Shown here: positions 7,047 through 13,825 of the stretch, in pieces
How the letters are laid out: each line of letters opens with the position of its first letter
Position numbering within the stretch: position 1 is the stretch's first letter
NCBI RefSeq assembly: GCF_020991375.1
Contig: NZ_JAJLQZ010000013.1
Coordinates: forward strand, 22,608-46,607
DNA: 24,000 nucleotides
Direction: 5' to 3'
Source: Glycomyces amatae
GTDB lineage: Bacteria > Actinomycetota > Actinomycetes > Mycobacteriales > Micromonosporaceae
Translations under genes and position numbers: made by a program
Notes under the pieces: generated by a model
The model's input: the letters and a program-made list of their open reading frames with translations, nothing else
Told to the model about the DNA's origin: nothing
The model's database searches: none

Positions 7047-7913
7047 ATGGCAGTGACGTTGAACCGGCCGGAAGCCGATGAACTGAGCGGCATCGCAGCG
7101 GTGCTGCGCGAGTGGCAGTACGACGCGGCGCCGATGCAGCTGCACCCGGGGGACGTGGGCTGGTTCTACCGCTTCGGGGCAGAGGCGGCGGCCGCCGCGG
7201 TCCGCACCTGGAGCCGCGACGGCCGCATACTCGCGATCGGGCTGCTCGACGGCCCCGAACTCCTGCGGCTGACGATCGCCCCCGACGCCTACCGGGACGA
7301 CGAGCTCGCGCGGCGGCTGGTCGCCGACGTGACCGATCCCGGGCGCGGCGTCCTCCCCGCGGGCAAGGCGAACATCGAGGCGCCCAAGGGCGTGCTCCTG
7401 CAAGACCTCCTGCCCGAGTCGGGCTGGAGCGTCGACGAGCCGTGGACTCCGCTGCGCCGCGACCTCGCCGAGCCGGTGGAGGACCCCGGCGTGCGGATCG
7501 AGGCGGCCGGACCGGAGCAGGTGCGCGAACGGGCCGCCGTGCAGCGGGCCGCGTTCGACGGTTCGACGTTCACCGACGAACGATGGCACGCGATGGCCTC
7601 CGGACCGCTGTACGCCGACGCCCGCTGCCTGCTCGCCTACGACGACCAGGGCGAGGCGGTGGCGACGGTGACGGTCTGGTCGGCCGGTCCCGGCCGACCC
7701 GGACTGATCGAGCCGATGGGCGTGCACCGCGACCACCGCGGCCGCGGCTACGGCAGGGCGATCACCGTCGCCGCGGCGGCCGCGCTCCGGGAGATGGGCT
7801 CCTCGAGCGCGATCGTGTGCACCCCGAGCGACAACGCCGGCGGCGTCGCCACCTACGAGTCGGCCGGCTTCCAGCCGCTCCCCGAAGTTCGCGACCTGCA
7901 CCGGGACGCCTAA
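7047..7913 (+). CDS. GNAT family N-acetyltransferase (about 290 aa, two-lobed)
   Basis: C-terminal acetyl-CoA motif ...IEPMGVHRDHRGRGYGRAITVAAAAALREMG...YESAGFQP. ATG 7047 has GAGGTG at 7030-7035; the alternative GTG 7035 overlaps that SD. Confidence 0.8.
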   Translation: MAVTLNRPEADELSGIAAVLREWQYDAAPMQLHPGDVGWFYRFGAEAAAAAVRTWSRDGRILAIGLLDGPELLRLTIAPDAYRDDELARRLVADVTDPGRGVLPAGKANIEAPKGVLLQDLLPESGWSVDEPWTPLRRDLAEPVEDPGVRIEAAGPEQVRERAAVQRAAFDGSTFTDERWHAMASGPLYADARCLLAYDDQGEAVATVTVWSAGPGRPGLIEPMGVHRDHRGRGYGRAITVAAAAALREMGSSSAIVCTPSDNAGGVATYESAGFQPLPEVRDLHRDA

Positions 7914-8000
7914 CGGCACGCCGTTCCGGCAGGGCGCCCCATTTGCATCCTCAATGTACCTTGAGCATCGTTCCCGCCAATCGATGTGAACGGAGGCCGA

Positions 8001-8402
8001 ATGTTCGGAGAGGAAGTAATCGCCCAGCAGCTCGCCGACGCCCGCGCGGCGCTCAGCAGTGCGGTCAACACCCCTGGCGCCCACCGGATCGACCCGATCA
8101 CCGTCGACGGAGCCGATGGTCTCCTCCAGCTGATGTTGAGCGCCGAGGGCCGCGTGGAGACCATCGAGTACGACCCCCGTGTCATGAACTTCGGCTCCGA
8201 GAACCTCTTCGCCGAGATCAAGCGGATGGTCAACACCGCGCTCGACCAGCGAGCCGAAGCCCTCGGCACCGATGAGCCCACGCCGGACCTGAACGCCATC
8301 AACGAATCGGTCGCCGAGATCCAGGACCGCTCCCTGCGACAGTTCCAGGCGATGGGGGCCTCCATCAGCGAGACCATGGCGCGCCTGCAAGGAGGACGCT
8401 GA
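8001..8402 (+). CDS. YbaB/EbfC-fold protein associated with a type VII secretion-style effector locus
   Basis: ...ITVDGADGLLQLMLSAEGRVETIEYDPRVMNFGSENLFAEIKRMVNTALDQ matches the YbaB core pattern. GGAGG lies at 7992-7996 before ATG 8001 (alternative GTG 7986). Confidence 0.7.
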   Translation: MFGEEVIAQQLADARAALSSAVNTPGAHRIDPITVDGADGLLQLMLSAEGRVETIEYDPRVMNFGSENLFAEIKRMVNTALDQRAEALGTDEPTPDLNAINESVAEIQDRSLRQFQAMGASISETMARLQGGR

Positions 8403-8403
8403 C

Positions 8404-8730
8404 ATGGCCGATCTGGACCTCGACCTCGAGTCCTTTCGCCGTGCCGCCGATGAGTTCGACGCCGCCAAGGAAGAGGTGCAGGCGCTCCTCGACCAGTTCA
8501 CCGGCACTCTGGCGCAGTTCGCCGACGCCTTCGGCGGTGACGAGATCGGCATGCTCGTCGGCATGGCGCACGACGCCTGCACCGAAGTCCTGAACGAGTG
8601 CTTCACGACCAACATCGAGGAGATCGCCGACTACGCCGAGGCCATCCGCGACATGGCGGACGGCCACGAAGCCGCCGACAACGAGAACGCGCAGCTCTTC
8701 AATCAGCTTCTGACCGAACTCGGCGGTTGA
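8404..8730 (+). CDS. Small helical EspC/WXG100-like type VII secretion helper or target protein
   Basis: 108-aa acidic helical protein (...FRRAADEFDAAKEEVQALLDQFTGTLAQFADAFGGDEIGMLVG...). AAGGAGGA at 8389-8396. ATG 8404 lies 1 nt after the YbaB-like stop. Confidence 0.65.
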   Translation: MADLDLDLESFRRAADEFDAAKEEVQALLDQFTGTLAQFADAFGGDEIGMLVGMAHDACTEVLNECFTTNIEEIADYAEAIRDMADGHEAADNENAQLFNQLLTELGG

Positions 8731-8763
8731 CCCGCCGCGCCCCGTCACCAGGAGGTGCGCCCC

Positions 8764-9258
8764 ATGGGGATGCAGATACCCGGCGAACTCGCAGGTCTGC
8801 TGAGCATGCTCGGCTACGACTGGCCCGAATCCGACGAGGAGTCGATCTTCAACCTCGCCGGCGAGTGGACCGGGATGGCCTCTCAGATCGGCGACAAGGT
8901 CGAACGGCTCAACAGCGCCGCGGCCACGCTGCTGGAGAACAACACCGGCGCCGACATCGAGGCGTTCAGGGAGGAGTACGAGGATGCGGAGTCGGCCGCC
9001 CGCAACCTCGCAGGGGCCGCCGACCCGGCGGGCATCATCAACATCGGGTTGACGATCGCCGCGGGGATCGTCCTCGCACTCAAAGTCCAGGTGATCGTCC
9101 AGCTCATGATGCTGGCGTTCCAGATCGCCCAGGCGATCGCCACGGCAGCGGTCACCTTCGGAGCGTCCCTCGTCCAAATCCCGATCTTCAAGATGATCAC
9201 CGGCATGATCATCGATCAGCTGATCGGCATGGCCCTGGACATGGTGCTCAATGGCTAG
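8764..9258 (+). CDS. WXG100-like N-terminal domain plus hydrophobic helical region: the carrier part of an actinobacterial polymorphic toxin, ending without a toxin domain
   Basis: Motif ...LGYDWPESDEESIFNLAGEWTGMA... (compare CpnT-type IWPNGD...AW), followed by the hydrophobic stretch GIINIGLTIAAGIVLALKVQVIVQLMMLAFQIAQAIATAAVTF.... GGAGG at 8751-8755 favours ATG 8764 over GTG 8755. TAG at 9256-9258. Confidence 0.75.
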   Translation: MGMQIPGELAGLLSMLGYDWPESDEESIFNLAGEWTGMASQIGDKVERLNSAAATLLENNTGADIEAFREEYEDAESAARNLAGAADPAGIINIGLTIAAGIVLALKVQVIVQLMMLAFQIAQAIATAAVTFGASLVQIPIFKMITGMIIDQLIGMALDMVLNG

Positions 9259-9682
9259 CAAAAGGCGACGGAACAACCCCGAGCTCCCCGAGGGCGGGGC
9301 CGAACTCATCAAGAAGCCCGTCCGCGGCCTGTTCAAGAACGGCAAGGGCGGCCTCAAGAAAGGCGGCGACGGCGCCGACGCAAGTGCTCCGCGCACCGGT
9401 GTCAAAGGTCTGCTCAAGGACGCTGGCCTTCCCACCTCCGGTCGGATACGATACGTTCCGCCCAAGGGGGTCACGCCCACCACCGGACTTCCGAAGGGCC
9501 CGAACGGCGGGTACTTCGACCGTCATGGGAACGAGTGGGTCAAGGGCCCTTCGCGCACCAAGGGCGAGCCGTACGAATGGGATGTGCAGCTCAGCTCGAA
9601 GGGCCGGAACCAGATCGGCTGGACGACCCGGGACGGTTCGCATGCGAACGTGTCTCTGGGCGGCCACATAACCCATAAATGA
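9251..9682 (+). CDS. Polymorphic-toxin C-terminal module: Gly/Lys-rich linker plus a small toxin domain, possibly nuclease-like (exact family not assigned)
   Basis: ATG 9251 overlaps the carrier stop (AATGGCTAG). The linker MASKRRRNNPELPEGG...KNGKGGLKKGGDG is followed by ...GRIRYVPPKG...GGYFDRHGNEWVKGPSRTKGEPYEWDVQLS...GSHANVSLGGHITHK, which resembles C-terminal toxin cassettes. Followed by an ATGA-coupled small ORF. Confidence 0.7.
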   Translation: MASKRRRNNPELPEGGAELIKKPVRGLFKNGKGGLKKGGDGADASAPRTGVKGLLKDAGLPTSGRIRYVPPKGVTPTTGLPKGPNGGYFDRHGNEWVKGPSRTKGEPYEWDVQLSSKGRNQIGWTTRDGSHANVSLGGHITHK

Positions 9683-9978
9683 GGATGCTCAAGGTGGAAT
9701 TCTACGAAAAGGTCAAGGTCGGGCAGAACGCGTCGTTCGCCGAGTACGCCGGACGAGTCGGCGTCGTCGGCGGCATCAGCGACGGCGCCGACGGAGTGAC
9801 CTATTACGCGGTCAAGTTCGAGGACGACGACGTGGTGATGTTCCCCGGGGACCAGCTCGAGTCGCTCGGCGACAAGGCGTCCCCCGACGAGATGTTCCCG
9901 GGCGGGAGCGTCAAGGTGACCGTGGACGAGAAAGGCCACGCCGAGATCGTCGAGGACAACCCCCCTCAGCGGCCGTAG
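9679..9978 (+). CDS. Putative cognate immunity protein (small, acidic)
   Basis: ATGA start/stop overlap with the toxin ORF (9679-9682). 99 aa, MRMLKVEFYEKVKVGQNASFAEYAGRVGVVGGISDG...YYAVKFEDDDVVMFPGDQLESLG. Confidence 0.65.
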   Translation: MRMLKVEFYEKVKVGQNASFAEYAGRVGVVGGISDGADGVTYYAVKFEDDDVVMFPGDQLESLGDKASPDEMFPGGSVKVTVDEKGHAEIVEDNPPQRP

Positions 9979-10002
9979 CGAACGCAACGTGCTCTCCAGA
10001 GC

Positions 10003-10034
10003 CGCCGCTCGGGTCGAAAAGGGCGGGAGCGGCG
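10003..10034. terminator. GC-rich hairpin between convergent genes (candidate bidirectional terminator)
   Basis: CGCCGCTC (10003-10010) pairs with GAGCGGCG (10027-10034) around a 16-nt loop containing AAAA. No clear U-tract. Confidence 0.3.
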
Positions 10035-10038
10035 CGGG

Positions 10039-10758
10039 TCAGGCGGCCCGCCAGTAGGCGAGGGTGTGCGCGCGCTGCTTGGGGACGCCGAGTTCCTTGC
10101 GGGCGAAGGCGGTCAGGGCCCTCGTGGACTTCGCCTCGGCGGCGATCCAGAGGTAGATCCGCTCCGGTTCCTTCGTGAAGTGCGGCAGCTCCTCCCGGAC
10201 CTGCTCCAGCAGTGCGGCGCCGTCCTCGCCCCTGGCGATCTTGCGCAGGTCGTGGCGGATCGGGTCGACGCGGAACGGGAGCTCGTCGTCGTCCGCGGTC
10301 TCGAACCAGATCGTCGCGGGGGTCTCGGGGAACGCGTCGAGCAGGGAGTTGATCGCCGGCAGCGAGGCCGCATCGCCCACGACCAGGAGCCGTTCGGGGC
10401 TCGGGTCCGGCTCGGTGAAGCCGGTGCCCTGCACCGACGCCTCGATCACGTCGCCGGGCTTCGCGGTGCGGGACCAGTCGCTGGCGCAGCCGTCGTGCAG
10501 GGCGAACTCGATGGCGAAGGCGCCGTTCTCGACGTCCGGGTCGACCAGGGTGTAACCGCGCTGATGGGGCCTGCCGTCGTTGTCGAACCACAGGCGCACC
10601 CACATCGTGGGGTGCACGCCGAGTGCCGCGAGCAGGCCGCCGTCGGTGAAGGTGAGGCGCCGGTAGTGCTCGGTGACCTGCTCGGCACCGGTCACGGTGA
10701 ATTTGAAGTCCTTGGCGCGGAACAGCTTCAGTACCGCGCCTTCCCAGCCGTGTCCCAT
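10039..10758 (-). CDS. Siderophore-interacting protein (SIP/ViuB-type ferric-siderophore reductase)
   Basis: FAD-binding beta-barrel motif ...HQRGYTLVDPD..., then an NAD(P)H-binding half ...LLVVGDAASLPAINSLL... and ...YLWIAAEAKSTRALTAFARKELGVPKQRAHTLAYW. GGGAGG lies 6 nt before the ATG. Confidence 0.85.
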   Translation of the reverse strand: MGHGWEGAVLKLFRAKDFKFTVTGAEQVTEHYRRLTFTDGGLLAALGVHPTMWVRLWFDNDGRPHQRGYTLVDPDVENGAFAIEFALHDGCASDWSRTAKPGDVIEASVQGTGFTEPDPSPERLLVVGDAASLPAINSLLDAFPETPATIWFETADDDELPFRVDPIRHDLRKIARGEDGAALLEQVREELPHFTKEPERIYLWIAAEAKSTRALTAFARKELGVPKQRAHTLAYWRAA

Positions 10759-10808
10759 CCCGGGCCTCCCTGGTCGTCCCCTGTGGAGATGCGAGTCGTC
10801 ATTATGTC

Positions 10809-10827
10809 TTAGGTTAGACTAACCTAA
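10809..10827. promoter_or_regulatory. IdeR/DmdR iron box
   Basis: TTAGGTTAGACTAACCTAA is a perfect 19-bp palindrome differing from the consensus TTAGGTTAGGCTAACCTAA only at the central base. It lies 51 nt upstream of the SIP start and 3 nt upstream of ATG 10830. Confidence 0.8.
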
Positions 10828-10829
10828 CT

Positions 10830-13487
10830 ATGAGCTTCATGTGCTACCGGGACGCCTGGGGGATCCCCCACCTGCGGGCGCCCGACGCGAACGCGCTGGC
10901 GTTCGCGCAGGGATGGAACGCCGCCGCCGACCGGGCCTGGCAGATCGAGACCGCGCGCCGCCGCGCGACCGGCACCGCCTCGGCCCTCCTCGGCGAGTAC
11001 TGGATCGGCTGGGACCGCCTGGTCCGGCAGGCCCGCGTGGTCGACACCGCGGTCGCGGCCTTCGACGCGCTGGACTCCGCCACGGCCGACTGGGTCCGCG
11101 CCTTCGTCGCGGGAGTCAACGACGGACTGGCGAAAGGGGCCGCCTCCGGCGCCGGAGACGAGGCCCAACGCCTCTGCGAGCCCTGGGAGCCCTGGACGCC
11201 GCTCGCCTTCTGGCACGCCGACCACCTGCTCTTCGGGGCCGGGTTCCCCGCGAAGCTGTGGCGCGAGCGGGTCCGGGACGCCCTGGGGGAGGACGCCGTC
11301 GACCGGTTCGCCCTGGACGGGCCCGAGCCGGTCGGCTCCAACGGCTGGCTCCTCGACGGGTCCATGACCGCCTCCGGCTCGCCCCTCCTCGCGGGCGACC
11401 CGCACCGCTTCATCCAGCTCCCCGGCTCCTACCAGCAGATCCGCCTCGCCTGCGACGAGTTCGACGTCGTCGGCCTGGCCATGCCCGGCATCCCCGGCAT
11501 CGCCCACTTCGGGCACGCGGGCGGCGTCGCCTGGGGCATCACCAACGCCATGGCCGACACCCAGGACCTCTACCGGGAGCGCCTGCGCCGCAACGCGAAC
11601 GGCTCCGTCGAGGCGTTCGGCCCCGATGGCTGGGAACCGGTCTTCACGCGGACCGAGCGCTTCCAGGTCGCCGACGGCCCCGATCAGACCGTCGAGGTCG
11701 TCGAGACCGCCCGCGGCCCGGTCGTCGCCGGAGGGCCCGAAGAAACCGAGGGGCCGCAAAGTTTCGGGACGGCGCTGAGCCTGCGCGGCCCCGCCCAGGC
11801 GCTCCCCGACCTCGGGTTCGCCGCGCTGCCCCGGCTGCTGCACGCCTCCATCGTCACCGATGTCGATGCCGCGCTTCAGGACTGGGTCCTCCCGGTCAAC
11901 GTGGTCATGGCCGCCGACACCCGGGGCGGGCTCCTCCACCGCACCGCCGGGCGCGTGCCCGAGCGGGACGCGGCGAACCTCCGCAGCCCCGTGCCCGCCT
12001 GGGAGCCCCGCCACGCCTGGGACGGCTGGAAGCGCATGCCCCGCAAGCAGGTCGACCGGATCGCCGTCATGGCCAACGACCGCGCCCTCGCCGCGCCCCT
12101 CGGCGTCGAGTTCTGCCCGCCGCACCGCGCCGACCGCATCCGCTCGTTGCTGGAGGCCCGGTCGGACTGGACCGCCGCCGACATGGCCGCGATCCACGCC
12201 GACACCCGGCTCCCCACGGCCGGCGCCGTGCTCGACCTGCTCCCCGGCCTCGACCTTGACGGCGACGCCGCCTCGCTGCGCAAGACCCTGCTCGCCTGGG
12301 ACCGCCGGATGGACGCCGACAGCACCGAGGCCGCCGCCTTCGCCGCCGTCCGGGCCGCGTTCGTGCGCCGCCTCGCCGCGCTGCCGCGGTTCCGGGCGCT
12401 CGACGGGCCTTCGGGCCTGCCGCCGGTGTTCGCGCCCTGGCTCGCCCTGCGGCCCCGCATCGGGTTCGCCCTGGAGCACGTGCTCGACGCGGCCGCTCCA
12501 GGGGAGGCGACCGGCCCGGGCGCCGCGCAGCGCCTCATCGACCCGGCCGACCGCGACGCCGCCCTGCGCGGCGCCCTCGAGGAGGTCGCCGCCGACCCTC
12601 CCGCCGCCTGGGGCGAGGTCCACCGGCTCGTGCCCTGGGAGGACCTGCCGCCCGGCGCCGAGGAGTCGGAGCCCCTGACGGGCATGTCGGGCGACGCGGA
12701 CTGCGTCCTGTCGACCTCCGGCGTCCCCGGCGTCACCGAGGACTTCTCCCGCGGCCCCGCCGCCCGCTGGGTCTGGGACCTCGCCGACCGGCGCCGGAGC
12801 CGCTGGATCGTCCCCTTCGGAGCCTCCGGGACCCTCGGGCCCCACCACCGCGACCAGTTCCCGCTGTGGCGGCGCGGCGAACTCGCCCCCGTCGTCACCG
12901 ACTGGCACCTGCTGCGAGAGGAGCACCGCATGATCGACCGCCCCGCCGTCTTCGAACGGCGCCTGGAGGGCTTCGGCACCGTCGCCGTCGTCCCCGTCCG
13001 CCCCGCCGAGGACCTCGACCTCATCTACGGCTGGGTCACCCAGGAGCGGGCCCGGTTCTGGGGCATGACCGGCCACTCCCGCGACCACGTGCTGGAGATC
13101 TACGAGTACCTCGACGCGCTGAGCACCCACCACGCGTTCCTGCTGCTGCGCGACAGGGCGCCGATCGCCCTGTTCCAGACCTACGAGCCCGACGCCGACC
13201 CGGTGGGGGAGTGCTACGAGGTCGAGCCCGGCGACATCGGCGCCCACCTCCTGGTCGCCGCCCCGCAGGGCCGCGCCCAGGTCGGGTTCACGGGCAGGCT
13301 CATGCAGGTTCTCACCGCGTACCTCTTCGACGACCCGAAGCACCGGCGGATCGTCGTCGAGCCCGACGCCCGCAACGACCAGGCCCGGGCCCGCATCCGC
13401 CGCCTCGGGTTCACGCTCGGCCCCGAGATCCGGCTGCCGGACAAGACCGCGCAGCTCGCGTTCCTGCGCCGCGAGGACGCCGCCTAG
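10830..13487 (+). CDS. Fusion protein: penicillin amidase/acylase-family Ntn hydrolase (N-terminal, about 700 aa) + IucB/DesC/MbtK-type siderophore N-acyltransferase (C-terminal, about 180 aa)
   Basis: N-terminal: ...YRDAWGIPHLRAPD...AFAQGWNAAADRAWQIE... and the nucleophile motif ...GSNGWLLDGSMTASGSPLLAGDPH. No signal peptide. C-terminal: ...DLDLIYGWVTQERARFWGM...FQTYEP...PGDIGAHLLVA...LFDDPKHRRIVVEPDARNDQARARIRRLGFTLGPEIRLPDKTAQLAFLRRE, the Acetyltransf_8 pattern. Confidence 0.85.
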   Translation: MSFMCYRDAWGIPHLRAPDANALAFAQGWNAAADRAWQIETARRRATGTASALLGEYWIGWDRLVRQARVVDTAVAAFDALDSATADWVRAFVAGVNDGLAKGAASGAGDEAQRLCEPWEPWTPLAFWHADHLLFGAGFPAKLWRERVRDALGEDAVDRFALDGPEPVGSNGWLLDGSMTASGSPLLAGDPHRFIQLPGSYQQIRLACDEFDVVGLAMPGIPGIAHFGHAGGVAWGITNAMADTQDLYRERLRRNANGSVEAFGPDGWEPVFTRTERFQVADGPDQTVEVVETARGPVVAGGPEETEGPQSFGTALSLRGPAQALPDLGFAALPRLLHASIVTDVDAALQDWVLPVNVVMAADTRGGLLHRTAGRVPERDAANLRSPVPAWEPRHAWDGWKRMPRKQVDRIAVMANDRALAAPLGVEFCPPHRADRIRSLLEARSDWTAADMAAIHADTRLPTAGAVLDLLPGLDLDGDAASLRKTLLAWDRRMDADSTEAAAFAAVRAAFVRRLAALPRFRALDGPSGLPPVFAPWLALRPRIGFALEHVLDAAAPGEATGPGAAQRLIDPADRDAALRGALEEVAADPPAAWGEVHRLVPWEDLPPGAEESEPLTGMSGDADCVLSTSGVPGVTEDFSRGPAARWVWDLADRRRSRWIVPFGASGTLGPHHRDQFPLWRRGELAPVVTDWHLLREEHRMIDRPAVFERRLEGFGTVAVVPVRPAEDLDLIYGWVTQERARFWGMTGHSRDHVLEIYEYLDALSTHHAFLLLRDRAPIALFQTYEPDADPVGECYEVEPGDIGAHLLVAAPQGRAQVGFTGRLMQVLTAYLFDDPKHRRIVVEPDARNDQARARIRRLGFTLGPEIRLPDKTAQLAFLRREDAA

Positions 13488-13499
13488 CGTCATCGAGGA

Positions 13500-13591
13500 G
13501 GCGGCCCCCGGTATCCGTGCCGAGGGCCGCCCCCCGAATCCGGCGGGTCCGCGGCGCAGGTCCCAATGCGCGCCGCGGGCCGCCGGATTCG
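13500..13591 (+). terminator. Two consecutive GC-rich hairpins downstream of the acylase fusion gene
   Basis: Hairpin 1: GGCGGCCC (13500-13507) pairs with GGGCCGCC (13524-13531). Hairpin 2: a 12-bp perfect arm CGAATCCGGCGG (13535-13546) pairs with CCGCCGGATTCG (13580-13591), plus an inner 8-bp stem CGCGGCGC/GCGCCGCG. Confidence 0.4.
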
Positions 13592-13741
13592 CTCACGAAG
13601 GCCGCGCGGGCGCGGCGGGGGCCGCCGCCCGGCCTCGTCATCCTCTTGTCTCCCAAGAGCTCACGCGACGCTCCTCCGGGCGGGGCGGAGGGCGTCACGA
13701 GCCAGTCTAAGCAGGTCGATCTATTAGGGTCAATGGCTTGC

Positions 13742-13800
13742 GGTAACCGCGGACCAATTTATTTCATGACTTGACATAATCAATGCCGCGGTTCTAACCT
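13742..13800 (+). promoter_or_regulatory. Candidate promoter (TTGACA-N18-TAACCT) flanked and overlapped by an inverted AACCGCGG repeat
   Basis: TTGACA at 13771-13776 and TAACCT at 13795-13800. GGTAACCGCGGACCAATT (13742-13759) is mirrored by CAATGCCGCGGTTCTAACC (13781-13799). This is the A/T-rich patch upstream of the sugar ABC operon. Confidence 0.4.
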
Positions 13801-13825
13801 GACCCCCAGCCATCGAGTCCGATCG

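Noticed and set aside
6354-8615. 753-aa minus-strand ORF spanning the lipoprotein, GNAT and YbaB-like genes
   Set aside because: Arg/Gly/Pro/Ala-rich translation with no recognisable domain. It runs antisense to several ORFs with clear family motifs. This is a typical shadow ORF of high-GC DNA.
10824-13493. 889-aa minus-strand ORF antisense to the acylase-GNAT fusion
   Set aside because: Low-complexity G/A/P/R/V-rich product. The plus strand carries unambiguous penicillin-acylase and IucB-like motifs. High-GC antisense artefact.
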